From NCBI GenBank assembly GCA_038042445.1, contig JBBTED010000021.1, positions 76,024 through 140,023 of the forward strand: 64,000 nt of DNA. Direction: 5' to 3'. Below, in pieces: positions 38,485-49,047 of this stretch. Position numbers and translations under genes: made by a program. How positions within the stretch are numbered: the first letter of the stretch is position 1; each line of letters begins with the position of its first letter. The notes beneath the pieces were generated by a model that was not told the origin of the DNA, made no database searches, and saw only the letters and a program-made list of their open reading frames with translations. Source of the DNA: Candidatus Firestoneibacteriota bacterium. Lineage in GTDB: Bacteria; Oederibacteriota; D2-FULL-39-29; JBBTED01.

Positions 38485-39870
38485 TCACTTCAATATTGGA
38501 AAACTTATTGTAAAAGTTGTATATTTATTTACTTCACTTGCAACAGTAATTGTTCCTCTGAGTTCTTCTATTAGTTTCCTACATATCGCTAAACCAAGAC
38601 CTGTTCCATTCTTTGCTTCTTTTGTAGTAAAAAATGGCTCAAATATTTCGTTGAGGTTTTCTTTAGATATACCAGAACCATCATCTGTAAAATCAACCTC
38701 TATAAAATTATTATCAATAACTTTTGTTTTCACACTAATAGTTCCACCCTTTTCAATAGCATCAAAGGAATTAGAAAAAAGGTTTAAAAAAATCTGTTCA
38801 AGTTGATCACAAGATGCAAGCACTTTCACTTTATCAGTTTCAGCAACGTCTATTTTCAAAGAGACATCATTCTTTCTAAAAATGTGGCTAAGTATTTCTA
38901 TTATATCAGTTAAAACTTTATTGAAGTTACATTCCTGCAATTTTTCTTTTGCTTTAGTAGAACGAGAAAAACCCAACAAATGTTCAACTATTTCTTTGCA
39001 CCGTTGTAATTGATGATTTATAAATTTTAATTCTCCAAGATAACTTTTGTTTTTTATATCTTCCATCAACATTTCTGCACGTAACATTGCAGAAGCTAAT
39101 GGAGTTTTCATTTGATGTGCGATTCCAGCCGCAATTTGTCCAACCAATACCATTTTATCAACCCTATTTATTTTTTCTTCCTGAAGCCTTACAATTTCTT
39201 CCTGTGAATTCTCCAAAGCATTTAACATTGAATTGAATTGTTTTGAAATAACTCCAAATTCATCATTTCTGGATACAGATAAACGTTTTTTTGTAACACC
39301 CTTTTCTACCTGCTTCATCGCATCCAATAATACTTTTATAGGCGTATTTACTATAAAAAATATTGCTAAGCCAATCAAAAGTGAAGTGATTATTACAATA
39401 GCAAAAAAAGAGTATATATGTATTTTTAACTCTTTTTTTACACGTAATAAAGCAGGAGTAATAGATTTAGAAATACGTATATATCCTAATACAGGTTTTG
39501 TATTTTTATGACATTTAAAACACTCTTTTTTGTTAAAAATTGGAACAAAATAAACAAAATTATCCCTTAAATCTATATTTACACCCTTTGCTATTATCTT
39601 AACCTCTTGATTGCTATTCAAAATCGTAATTTCATTAAAACCAATATTTAATACGAGTTTTTTTATAAATTTTTCTATTTCACCAATTTTTTTATCCAAC
39701 ATTGAATTTTCAATCTGTTGATGAATTGTTTTACAAAAAAGATTTAGCCGACGTGTTTCATCATCAATAACCCATTCATTTGTGTGAGATATCTCTACAT
39801 ATAAATATAACCCAAGCAATACAAACAGAATAAATGTTATTGCAATAATTAATTTAAAAGCTATTTTCAT
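38485..39870 (-). CDS. Sensor histidine kinase with periplasmic CxxCH motif and HAMP domain
   Basis: TM - NKKECFKCH - TM - HAMP - AHQMKTPL - N box - DDGSG - PFFTTK - GTGLGL. Confidence 0.92.
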   Translation of the reverse strand: MKIAFKLIIAITFILFVLLGLYLYVEISHTNEWVIDDETRRLNLFCKTIHQQIENSMLDKKIGEIEKFIKKLVLNIGFNEITILNSNQEVKIIAKGVNIDLRDNFVYFVPIFNKKECFKCHKNTKPVLGYIRISKSITPALLRVKKELKIHIYSFFAIVIITSLLIGLAIFFIVNTPIKVLLDAMKQVEKGVTKKRLSVSRNDEFGVISKQFNSMLNALENSQEEIVRLQEEKINRVDKMVLVGQIAAGIAHQMKTPLASAMLRAEMLMEDIKNKSYLGELKFINHQLQRCKEIVEHLLGFSRSTKAKEKLQECNFNKVLTDIIEILSHIFRKNDVSLKIDVAETDKVKVLASCDQLEQIFLNLFSNSFDAIEKGGTISVKTKVIDNNFIEVDFTDDGSGISKENLNEIFEPFFTTKEAKNGTGLGLAICRKLIEELRGTITVASEVNKYTTFTISFPILK

Positions 39871-39882
39871 ATTTTAATTGTT

Positions 39883-39911
39883 GGGATTGCTTCGCTTTCG
39901 CTCGCAATGAC
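39883..39911. repeat. GTCAT-type palindromic repeat arm
   Basis: GGGATTGCTTCGCTTTCGCTCGCAATGAC; related to the outer part of the lpxB insert. Confidence 0.65.
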
Positions 39912-39936
39912 GTGATTCATTAATATTGATAATAGC

Positions 39937-40422
39937 TTATTTAATTTGGGTAGCTCGGGATAAAGCAACTGTTCCAGTTCGCACCATTTCTTTTATTCCA
40001 AATCCTTTTAAAATATTTATTAATGCATTTACTTTGTCTTCGGAACCAGTAGCTTCTATTGTGAAAGTTTTTGGACTAATATCAACTATTTTTGCCCTAA
40101 AAATATTTACTATTTGCATTATTTCAGATCTATCTGCAGATGCTGCAGTAACCTTAATTAATGCCAATTCTCTGTTTATAAAATTTTCTTTGGTTAAATC
40201 AATAACTTTTATAGTATCAATAAGTTTATTCAGCTGCTTGGTTATCTGCTCAAGTATTATATCATCACCCGCCACTACAATAGTCATTCTGGAAACAGTA
40301 GGATCTTCAGTTTCACCAACTGTTAAACTTTCAATATTAAATCCGCGACCACTAAAAAGACCAGAAACTCTGGATAATACACCTGCTTTATTTTCCACTA
40401 AAACCGAAATAGTATGTCTCAT
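39937..40422 (-). CDS. ilvN: Acetolactate synthase small subunit
   Basis: MRHTISVLVENKAGVLSRVSGLFSGRGFNIESL; start corrected to 40422 (ORF-track extension is repeat DNA). Confidence 0.96.
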   Translation of the reverse strand: MRHTISVLVENKAGVLSRVSGLFSGRGFNIESLTVGETEDPTVSRMTIVVAGDDIILEQITKQLNKLIDTIKVIDLTKENFINRELALIKVTAASADRSEIMQIVNIFRAKIVDISPKTFTIEATGSEDKVNALINILKGFGIKEMVRTGTVALSRATQIK

Positions 40423-40455
40423 AATTTTATTGCACCCATTCAATAAACATATTTG

Positions 40456-40516
40456 TGTCATCCCGAACTTGTTTCGGGATCTCAAAAAGAGATGCTGAAC
40501 CAAGTTCAGCATGACA
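40456..40516. repeat. Palindromic repeat family A doublet between ilvB and ilvN
   Basis: TGTCATCCCGAACTTGTTTCGGGATCT...AGATGCTGAACCAAGTTCAGCATGACA. Confidence 0.88.
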
Positions 40517-40557
40517 ATTCATTTTAGCAGAGCTTACGCCTCTGCCGCTACAATTAT

Positions 40558-42237
40558 TTACGCTAATTCTATATCTATTGCTTCGTTAATAGGGGCACCT
40601 GCAGGAACCATTGGAAAAACATTCTCCTCTCTATCAACCTGAAAATCAATTATAACAGGTTTATCTATTGAAAACGCTTTTTCTAAAGTTTTCCTAACTT
40701 CTTGTGACTCAGTAACCCTTAAACCCACAGCTCCATAAGCTTCTGCAAGTTTAACAAAATCAGGCTGGCTACAAATATCTGAACAAGAATATCTGCGATT
40801 ATAAAAAAGTTCCTGCCATTGCCTAACCATGCCAAGATACCTATTATTTAAAATTGCCACTTTAACAGGCACTTTATAAGAAACAGCAGTTATTAATTCC
40901 TGAATGTTCATCTGGAAACTACCATCCCCTGCAATATCTATAACAAGCTTATCAGGACATCCTATTTTAGCGCCTATTGCAGCAGGAAAGCCATACCCCA
41001 TTGTTCCAAGACCACCTGAAGACAACAACGAGCGTGGATTGATAAATTTATAAAATTGTGCTGTCCACATTTGATTCTGACCAACTTCAGTAGTTATTAT
41101 AGCATCACCTTTTGTTAATTCACAAATCTGTTCAATAACAAACTGGGGTTTTAAACTTTTACTATTTTTATTGTAAGTCAATGGATATTTTTTCTTCCAT
41201 TCCTCAATTTTCTTTTTCCATTCAATATGCTTTTTGGATTCAATAAATCCATTCAATTCCTGCAATATTATCTTTGCATCACCAACTATCGGAATATCAA
41301 CTCTGACGTTTTTACTTATAGCAGATGGATCTATATCTATATGAATTATTTTTGCATTAGGCGCAAATCTATCTAATTTCCCTGTAACACGGTCATCAAA
41401 TCTTGCGCCAACCGCAATTATCAAATCAGAATCCATTATTGCAGCATTTGCATATCTAGTTCCATGCATACCAAACATTCCTAGATATAACGGATGATTT
41501 GCAGGAAATCCTCCAAGCCCTAATAACGTTAAACCAACCGGAATATCAGCCTTCTCAGCAAGAATTTTAATGCATTTTGAAGCGCCAGAACTAATAACAC
41601 CTCCACCCGCATAAATTATTGGTTGTATCGCAGAATTAATCATTTCTGCAGCTTTTTTTATTTGAACAGGATGTCCTTCATAAACAGGCTTATAACTCCT
41701 TAACTCAACCTTTTCAGGAATATTAGCTGAAGTAGTTTCAGCTCTGCTTATATCAACCGGTATATCAACAACTACGGGCCCTTTTCTCCCTGTAGAAGCA
41801 ATATAAAATGCTTCCCTTATAACTCTTCCAAGATCTTTAATGTTTTTTACAAGGTAATTGTGCTTTGTAATTGGACGTGTTATTCCAGTAAAATCTGCTT
41901 CCTGAAACGCATCATTTCCTATAAGATTTGTAGCAACCTGCGCAGTAAACGCAACCATTGGAATGGAATCCATATAAGCTGTAGCTATTCCAGTTGTCAA
42001 ATTTGTTGCACCAGGACCTGAAGTTGCCAGACAAACTCCAACTTTTCCAGTAGCGCGCGCATATCCATCAGCAGCGTGTGCAGCACCTTGTTCGTGCCGT
42101 GTCAATATAACCTTTATCTTGGAATCATAAAGAGCATCAAATAAAGGTAATGCAACTCCGCCCGGTATTCCGAACATTACCTCAACACCCTCTTTAACAA
42201 GAGTATCAACAAATATTTCAGCACCTTTTTTCTTCAT
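40558..42237 (-). CDS. ilvB: Acetolactate synthase large subunit
   Basis: [38 protein letters not shown]. Confidence 0.97.
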   Translation of the reverse strand: MKKKGAEIFVDTLVKEGVEVMFGIPGGVALPLFDALYDSKIKVILTRHEQGAAHAADGYARATGKVGVCLATSGPGATNLTTGIATAYMDSIPMVAFTAQVATNLIGNDAFQEADFTGITRPITKHNYLVKNIKDLGRVIREAFYIASTGRKGPVVVDIPVDISRAETTSANIPEKVELRSYKPVYEGHPVQIKKAAEMINSAIQPIIYAGGGVISSGASKCIKILAEKADIPVGLTLLGLGGFPANHPLYLGMFGMHGTRYANAAIMDSDLIIAVGARFDDRVTGKLDRFAPNAKIIHIDIDPSAISKNVRVDIPIVGDAKIILQELNGFIESKKHIEWKKKIEEWKKKYPLTYNKNSKSLKPQFVIEQICELTKGDAIITTEVGQNQMWTAQFYKFINPRSLLSSGGLGTMGYGFPAAIGAKIGCPDKLVIDIAGDGSFQMNIQELITAVSYKVPVKVAILNNRYLGMVRQWQELFYNRRYSCSDICSQPDFVKLAEAYGAVGLRVTESQEVRKTLEKAFSIDKPVIIDFQVDREENVFPMVPAGAPINEAIDIELA

Positions 42238-42262
42238 ATGGATATTTATTCTACTATATTAA

Positions 42263-43948
42263 TTATAATTCTGTCAATATTCTTAAACTAAATTTTAACA
42301 CTGCACCCTTGCTTGCGGAACTAACCATACTTGAATATCGCGCAAGATAACCTGATTTAATTTTTGGCTGAGGCTTATGCCATTTTGAAAGTCTTGATTT
42401 AATTTCATTGTCAGACAACTTAACATTTAATTTTCTATTTGGAATATCAATTTCAATAATATCACCATCTTTTAAAATAGCAATTGGTCCACCATCTGCT
42501 GCCTCAGGACATATATGGCCAATTGCAGCACCTCTTGTGCCTCCTGAAAATCTTCCATCTGTAATTAGTGCAACATCTTTTATTCCCATACCGGAAACTG
42601 CAGCTGTAAGACTTAACATTTCCTGCATTCCAGGACCACCTTTTGGTCCTTCGTATCTAACTACAATCACATCACCCTTTTTAATTTTTCCACCAAGAAT
42701 AGCTTTTATCGTTTCTCCTTCAGAATCAAAAACTTTTGCAGCACCTGAATGTTTTAGCATATTCTGAGCAATTGCAGATTGTTTTACAACTGCACCATCT
42801 TTTACTAAATTTCCATAAAGTATTGCCAGACCACCTTGTTTTGCATAAGGACTATTCCAAGGTTTTATTACATCTTCTCGTTTCACAAATACACCTTTAA
42901 GATTATCTCTAACTTTTTTTCCGGTAACTGTTAATTCATTTAAATTAATCTTACCATTCTTACTTAAAACACTCATCAATGCCTGAATACCACCTGCCCA
43001 ATATAAATCTTCAAGAAAATGTGGACCACCAGGGCTTAAACTACAAAGGTAATGAGTCCCTCTGCTTATTTTCTCAAAGTCATCTAAAGTTAGTTTCACT
43101 TTTGTTTCATTAGCAATTGCAAGAAAATGCAATGTAGTATTTGAAGAACCTCCAAAAGCCATATCTACAGTTATAGCATTTTCAAATGCAGATTTTGTCA
43201 TTATGTTATGAGGCCTTATATTTTTTTTAACTAATTCCATTATTTTCATTCCTGTGTGTTTTGCAAGACGAATTCTTTCAGCATACACAGCAGGAATTGT
43301 TCCACATCCCGGTAATCCCATTCCAAGCGCTTCTGTCATACAATTCATTGAATTTGCAGTAAACATTCCAGCACAAGAACCACAACTAGGACACGCAACA
43401 TCTTCCATTTCATTTAATTCTTTTAAAGTAAGTGTCCCAGCTTTAACTTTTCCAACTCCTTCAAACATACCAGTTACTAAATCCATTTTTTTGCCATTAT
43501 ATTCACCTGTAAGCATAGGACCACCAGAAACAAATATAGAAGGAATATCAAGCCTTGCAGATGCCATAAGCATTCCCGGCACGATTTTGTCACAACTTGG
43601 GATTAACACTAACCCATCAAATGGATGCGCATTTGCCATAGACTCCACAGAATCAGCAATAAGCTCACGACTTGGCAAAGAAAATTTCATACCATTATGA
43701 TTCATAGCTATACCATCACATATTCCAATTGTAGAAAATTCCACAGGTGTTCCACCAGCCATTCGAACTCCAGCTTTTACAGCCTCTGCAATTTTATCTA
43801 AATGGATATGTCCAGGAACTATCTCATTCTGAGAATTTACAATACCAATAATGGGCCTGGCTAATTCTTCATTTATATACCCCATTGCCTTAAAAAGTGA
43901 ACGATGAGGTGCTTTTTCCAAACCTTTTTTCATAGCATCACTACGCAT
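42263..43948 (-). CDS. ilvD: Dihydroxy-acid dehydratase
   Basis: [43 protein letters not shown]. Confidence 0.97.
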   Translation of the reverse strand: MRSDAMKKGLEKAPHRSLFKAMGYINEELARPIIGIVNSQNEIVPGHIHLDKIAEAVKAGVRMAGGTPVEFSTIGICDGIAMNHNGMKFSLPSRELIADSVESMANAHPFDGLVLIPSCDKIVPGMLMASARLDIPSIFVSGGPMLTGEYNGKKMDLVTGMFEGVGKVKAGTLTLKELNEMEDVACPSCGSCAGMFTANSMNCMTEALGMGLPGCGTIPAVYAERIRLAKHTGMKIMELVKKNIRPHNIMTKSAFENAITVDMAFGGSSNTTLHFLAIANETKVKLTLDDFEKISRGTHYLCSLSPGGPHFLEDLYWAGGIQALMSVLSKNGKINLNELTVTGKKVRDNLKGVFVKREDVIKPWNSPYAKQGGLAILYGNLVKDGAVVKQSAIAQNMLKHSGAAKVFDSEGETIKAILGGKIKKGDVIVVRYEGPKGGPGMQEMLSLTAAVSGMGIKDVALITDGRFSGGTRGAAIGHICPEAADGGPIAILKDGDIIEIDIPNRKLNVKLSDNEIKSRLSKWHKPQPKIKSGYLARYSSMVSSASKGAVLKFSLRILTEL

Positions 43949-43961
43949 AATATCTCCTTTA

Positions 43962-43987
43962 ATTGACAGACGAGACGTCTGTCCTAC
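43962..43987 (-). repeat. GTAG-type REP (family B3) just downstream of tRNA-Val
   Basis: Minus strand GTAGGACAGACGTCTCGTCTGTCAAT. Confidence 0.8.
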
Positions 43988-43996
43988 AATAAATAA

Positions 43997-44073
43997 TGGT
44001 GGGTCCCAGAGGGTTCGGACCTCTGACCTCTGCCTTGTAAGGGCAGCGCTCTAACCAGCTGAGCTAGGGACCC
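43997..44073 (-). tRNA. tRNA-Val (TAC)
   Basis: GGGTCCCTAGCTCAGCTGGTTAGAGCGCTGCCCTTACAAGGCAGAGGTCAGAGGTCCGAACCCTCTGGGACCCACCA; anticodon loop CTTACAA; T-loop TCCGAAC is non-canonical. Confidence 0.93.
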
Positions 44074-44127
44074 CAAAAACTATGGCAATTATACAATTTT
44101 TATTTATTAACCTCAAGAACAATTTAA

Positions 44128-44601
44128 TTATTTGGCGACTAAGATTACTTTTGGGCCGGAATTTTCTATCTGATTTTTTATTTTTACAGGAAGCATATCA
44201 TCGGATATTAAACACTTTAATGCTGATATTGGAGAAACATAGGCAAACAATTCTTTTCCAAATTTAGATGAATCTGCAAGACCAATTGTCTCTTTACTGT
44301 TTTCAATTACAATTTGTTTCAATTTAGCTATTTCTATTTCTCCTACAGTTATATCTTTAGCTGTAAAACTACTCAAACCAATAAATGCTTTATCTAATTT
44401 TAGCTTCTTTAAATCTTCCTCTGCTATTTGTCCATAACTTTCTCTTATTTCTTTTTTCCACTTTCCACCAATTATATACAATTCAACTGTTGGATGATTT
44501 GTGTATTCATACTTTTTTACCAATTGTTCAAATGAAGCATCATCGCCATTTACAACATTTGCAATTAAAACTTCATCAGGAGTATTTTCTAAATCCATCA
44601 A
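44128..44601 (-). pseudogene. Chimeric ORF: ECF-sigma-like N-terminus fused to the C-terminal half of a DeoR sensor domain
   Basis: PDEVLIANVVNGDDASFEQLVKKY resembles ECF sigma starts; ...YIIGG...DKAFIG...ADSSKFG...LISD is the DeoRC domain; no HTH from either family. Confidence 0.6.
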
Positions 44602-44612
44602 TTCTCCCAGCT

Positions 44613-44640
44613 GTAGGGAACAAAAATTTTTGTTCCCTAC
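44613..44640. repeat. Compact GTAG...CTAC palindrome
   Basis: GTAGGGAACAAAAATTTTTGTTCCCTAC is a perfect inverted repeat. Confidence 0.75.
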
Positions 44641-44701
44641 TTACAATAACAACTGTCTAAAATGGCTCACTTATTATTTTAATTAATATTGCGAATTAAA
44701 G

Positions 44702-45661
44702 TTATTTGCTGTTTTTTTGCAGAAAATCCTCTACGAATTGGACAAAATCTATATCCAACTTATTTTCCTGTGCTTCTTTTTTTAATATAAAAATTGCTTC
44801 TGTATTAGTTTTGGACACACGATAAGGTCTATCAGTTGTCAATGCATCAAAAATATCCGCTATAGTAACAATTCTAACTAATCTACTAATTTCTTCTGCT
44901 GGCAAACCATCAGGATAACCGCTACCATCTAATTTCTCATGATGATGATGAATTATATCAAGTATCTGTGGCACAAGTCTAAGATTACTACATATATCTA
45001 CACCCAAAACAGGATGCTTTTTAATAAAATCAAATTCTTCATTTGTCAACGAACCTTGTTTATTAAGGATTTGATCTGGAATTCCCATTTTACCAATATC
45101 ATGTAATAAAGAACTCTTATTAAGTATTTCTACTTCCTCTTCAGAAACTCCAATTTCTTTACCAATATTTACAGACATATCCGCTACTCTACGGGAATGA
45201 CCTGCAGTATAAAAATCTCTGGCTTCAATTGATTTAACTAAAGAAAAAACCGTGTTTTCCAATGTTTCAACTTGTGCTATTAATTTTTTTATTTTTAGCA
45301 AATTAGTAATCCTGGTCAATAATTCAAGTGGCTCAAAAGGTTTGCGTATATAATCATCAGCGCCTAATTCTAATCCTGCTATCACACTCTCTTCTAATAA
45401 CAGTCCACTCAAAAATATTATAGGAATATAGTGGACACCACTTCGTTTTTCCCTGATAATCTGACATGCTTTAAAACCATTCATAACAGGCATTTCAACA
45501 TCTAAAATAACTAAATCAGGCCGCAAATTTTCTTCTGTTTCTACTGCTTCCTGACCATTTGAAGCAGTTATCACTTCAAATCCATAAGTTTTACAATATC
45601 TCGCTATAGTATCTCTAATTAATTTGTCATCATCCGCAATAAGTATTCTTGATTTACTCAT
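44702..45661 (-). CDS. Response regulator with HD-GYP cyclic-di-GMP phosphodiesterase domain
   Basis: REC domain, then HSRRV, LHDIGK, HHEKLDGSGYPDGL, DRPYR. Confidence 0.93.
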   Translation of the reverse strand: MSKSRILIADDDKLIRDTIARYCKTYGFEVITASNGQEAVETEENLRPDLVILDVEMPVMNGFKACQIIREKRSGVHYIPIIFLSGLLLEESVIAGLELGADDYIRKPFEPLELLTRITNLLKIKKLIAQVETLENTVFSLVKSIEARDFYTAGHSRRVADMSVNIGKEIGVSEEEVEILNKSSLLHDIGKMGIPDQILNKQGSLTNEEFDFIKKHPVLGVDICSNLRLVPQILDIIHHHHEKLDGSGYPDGLPAEEISRLVRIVTIADIFDALTTDRPYRVSKTNTEAIFILKKEAQENKLDIDFVQFVEDFLQKNSK

Positions 45662-45710
45662 ACACCCTCCTAAAAACAAACATCAGACAAAAATTCAGAC
45701 TATAATTATA

Positions 45711-46466
45711 TCATATTCTCATATTTACTTTATGTTTTCTAAGATAAGATTTTACCTGTCGTACAGTAAATTGTCTGTAATGAAATACTGATGCTGCTAA
45801 AGCGGCATCTGCACAACCGTATGTGAGAATGTTGTAAAAATGAATTAATTCACCGGCACCACCTGATGCAATTATAGGAATTGAAACTTCTTTCGCAATT
45901 TTCTTAGTAAGTTCTATATCATATCCATTTTTTGTGCCATCAGCATCCATGCTCGTTAATAAAATTTCACCGGCACCAGATTTTTCAACTCTTTTTGCCC
46001 ATTTTACTGCATCTATACTTGTTGGAGTTCTGCCACCATGTATATATACTTCCCAACTTCTTCCTTTTCTCTTTGCATCAATAGCAACAACTATACACTG
46101 GCTTCCAAATTTTTTAGATGCTTTAATAATCAAATCCGGATTTTTTACTGCTGATGTATTTATTGAAATTTTGTCTGCACCTGCTTTAAGCAAATTTCTA
46201 ATATCATCCAGATTTCGTATACCACCGCCAACTGTGAGAGGAATAAAAACTTTTTCCGCAGTTCTTTTTACAACATCAATCATTATGTTTCTTTTTTCAT
46301 AGGAGGCAGTTATATCAAGAAAAATCAATTCATCAGCTCCTTCCCTGTCATAAAAAGATGCTGATTTAACAGGGTCTCCCGCATCTTTCAAATTGAGAAA
46401 TTTTATTCCTTTTACAACTCTTCCCTCTTTAACATCAAGACAGGGAATTATTCTTTTGGAAAGCAT
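45711..46466 (-). CDS. hisF: Imidazole glycerol phosphate synthase cyclase subunit
   Basis: [26 protein letters not shown]. Confidence 0.97.
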   Translation of the reverse strand: MLSKRIIPCLDVKEGRVVKGIKFLNLKDAGDPVKSASFYDREGADELIFLDITASYEKRNIMIDVVKRTAEKVFIPLTVGGGIRNLDDIRNLLKAGADKISINTSAVKNPDLIIKASKKFGSQCIVVAIDAKRKGRSWEVYIHGGRTPTSIDAVKWAKRVEKSGAGEILLTSMDADGTKNGYDIELTKKIAKEVSIPIIASGGAGELIHFYNILTYGCADAALAASVFHYRQFTVRQVKSYLRKHKVNMRI

Positions 46467-47260
46467 TATTTTTTATCCTTAGGACTTTTATTCTTTTTGT
46501 ATTTTCGTTTACGATGTTTTTTATTAGCCGGCACTGGAGAAGCAGAAGTTTTAATTGCCTCTTTTAAATCAATTGCACCTGTATATATTGCTTTTCCAAT
46601 TATCATACCTGTGACTCCATATTTTTCCATTGCATTTATGTTTTCCACATTAGCAAGAGTTGATATACCTCCAGCTGCTATTATATTTATATCTACAGCA
46701 GTTGCTATATCTTTTATACTCTTAAAATTAGGGCCACAAAGCATTCCATCACGTTTTATATCTGTAAAAATTATAGTCTTAATACCAATCTCTATAATTT
46801 CTTTAGCCAAAGTTATTGCCTTTTTATTCGTTACATCTCTCCATCCTTTAATAGCAACATATCCATCTTTTGCATCAATACTTACCAAAATTTTATCTTT
46901 ATAAGATTTATAAGCCTCTTTTACCAATTCAATTGAATTATATGCAGATGTACCAAGGATAATTTTATCGACACCTTTTTTGAAAACTTCTTCTATGATT
47001 TCAAGAGAACGCACACCACCACCAAATTGTATAGGGATACGAACAGCTTTAACAATCTGTGAAACTACATCTAAATTTTTAGGTTTACCGGTAATTGCCC
47101 CATCTAAATCAACTATGTGTAAAAGTTTAGCACCTCTTAGCTGCCACAATTTAGCTATAGAAACAGGCTCACGTGAATAAACCGTTTCATCACGAGTATT
47201 TCCCTGTGCTAAACGCACACAACGACCTTTCCGTAAATCAATAGCAGGAATAATTAACAT
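46466..47260 (-). CDS. hisA: ProFAR isomerase with lysine-rich C-terminal tail
   Basis: [35 protein letters not shown]; start at ATG 47260. Confidence 0.96.
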   Translation of the reverse strand: MLIIPAIDLRKGRCVRLAQGNTRDETVYSREPVSIAKLWQLRGAKLLHIVDLDGAITGKPKNLDVVSQIVKAVRIPIQFGGGVRSLEIIEEVFKKGVDKIILGTSAYNSIELVKEAYKSYKDKILVSIDAKDGYVAIKGWRDVTNKKAITLAKEIIEIGIKTIIFTDIKRDGMLCGPNFKSIKDIATAVDINIIAAGGISTLANVENINAMEKYGVTGMIIGKAIYTGAIDLKEAIKTSASPVPANKKHRKRKYKKNKSPKDKK

Positions 47261-47319
47261 TGATATATGTTTATCACAACAAAACAACTCAAGTCAATAA
47301 AAATTAAGATTGTGAAACT

Positions 47320-49047
47320 TCACATTTTAAATTGCATTTCATAAAGTTTTTTATAAAGGCCACCTTTTGTCATCAACTCTTCATGTTTTCCAACATCTGC
47401 TATTTTACCATCGTCAATCACAACTATTTTATCTGCCTTCATAACAGTAGAAAGTCTGTGAGCAATTACAAATGTAGTCCTATTTTTCATCAAATTATTC
47501 AAAGCGTCTTGAACTAACTTCTCTGATTCATTATCAAGGGCTGATGTAGCTTCATCTAAAATTAATATTGGAGGATTTTTTAATATTGCACGTGCAATTG
47601 CTATTCTCTGTTTTTCTCCACCTGAAATTTTAGCTCCACGTTCACCAATAAATGTATCATATCCATAAGTTGTTTCTATTATGAAATCATGCGCATTAGC
47701 AGCACAAGCTGCAAACTCTACAGCTGAATCAGTAGTTATAGGATTACCATAAGCAATATTATTCCTAAAAGTATCATTAAATAAAATAGTCTCCTGTGTT
47801 ACAATACCCATTTGTGCACGCAAACTTTTCAATGTAACTTTCTGGACATCAATATCATCAATTTTTATACTACCTTTGGTTGGATTATAGAACCTAAGCA
47901 ATAAATTCACCAAAGTGGTTTTGCCAGAGCCACTTGGGCCTACAATTGCTATTACTTCCCCTGCATTTATTGATAAATTTATACTTTCAAGCACATCTTT
48001 TTTACCGTCATAAGAAAAATTCACATTTTCAAAAATTATGCTATTTTTCACTGGCTCTATATTAATTGTTCCGTTATCTTCTTCAGGTGGAACATCCATT
48101 AAATTAAAAACTCTTTCAGCAGCAGCAAGTGACTGTTGAAGTGTTTGATTTATTCCATTTAGATTATGAAGTGGTTTATATAATGATAGTAATGTAGCAA
48201 CAAAAGCTGTAAACCCTCCTATTGAAAGTTGTCCACTTACAACCTGTCTTCCTGAAAAAGCTATTAAAAAAGAAATTCCAAGCCCTCCAATAAATTCCAT
48301 TATCGGGCTGGACATAGCTGTTATTTTTAATGATTTCATAGATATATCAAAAAAATTTCTGTTTTCTTTTTTGAATTTATCAATCTCTGCTTTTTCCATA
48401 CCAAAACCTTTAACCACTCTTATACCACTTATCGTTTCATATAAAATAGCAGAAATATCTGCAGTTTTGGCCTGACTTTTAGAACTTATCTTGCGTATTT
48501 TTGCTCCAAATTTATATAGAGGATAAATGGCTATAGGAAATACAAATAAAGCTATTATTGCCATTTGCCAGTTCAATTTAAATATCAAAATAATAAGCCC
48601 TATTAGAGTCAAGCCATTGCTTGCTACACTACCTACAATTCCACTAACAGCATTTTGCATAATAGAAACATCATTTGTTATTCTGGATATCAAATGGCCT
48701 GTTTTCTGATTATGATAAAAACTAATACTCATATATTGCAAATGTTCATACAGCAGATTTCTTATATCCATTATTACTCTCTGTCCTGTATTATTTATCA
48801 GATAATCCTGTGCATAATATGCAAGCCCTTTTATAAAAAAAAGTCCTAATAACGCAAGCGGTATTATTTTGATAAACATTAACGCTTCTTCTTTATTGGG
48901 ATTAGCAAATATTTTGTCAAAAACAGGTTTTAATATATACATTAGTCCAACTGTACAACTGGAAACTATTGTCATACAAACTAATGCAATAATTATTCTT
49001 TTAGTATAAGGTCGGACATATTTTAATAATCTCAAATATAATTTCAT
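47320..49047 (-). CDS. msbA: Lipid A export ABC transporter (MsbA-like)
   Basis: ABC membrane domain + GPSGSGKTT, SGGEKQR, LDEATSALD; overlaps lpxB. Confidence 0.88.
   Translation of the reverse strand: MKLYLRLLKYVRPYTKRIIIALVCMTIVSSCTVGLMYILKPVFDKIFANPNKEEALMFIKIIPLALLGLFFIKGLAYYAQDYLINNTGQRVIMDIRNLLYEHLQYMSISFYHNQKTGHLISRITNDVSIMQNAVSGIVGSVASNGLTLIGLIILIFKLNWQMAIIALFVFPIAIYPLYKFGAKIRKISSKSQAKTADISAILYETISGIRVVKGFGMEKAEIDKFKKENRNFFDISMKSLKITAMSSPIMEFIGGLGISFLIAFSGRQVVSGQLSIGGFTAFVATLLSLYKPLHNLNGINQTLQQSLAAAERVFNLMDVPPEEDNGTINIEPVKNSIIFENVNFSYDGKKDVLESINLSINAGEVIAIVGPSGSGKTTLVNLLLRFYNPTKGSIKIDDIDVQKVTLKSLRAQMGIVTQETILFNDTFRNNIAYGNPITTDSAVEFAACAANAHDFIIETTYGYDTFIGERGAKISGGEKQRIAIARAILKNPPILILDEATSALDNESEKLVQDALNNLMKNRTTFVIAHRLSTVMKADKIVVIDDGKIADVGKHEELMTKGGLYKKLYEMQFKM

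Noticed and set aside
40423..40512. N-terminal extensions of IlvN and of ORFs starting at 16547, 36852 and 38411
   Set aside because: The extensions are open frames through palindromic repeats; better starts lie downstream, so they are not counted as translated inserts.
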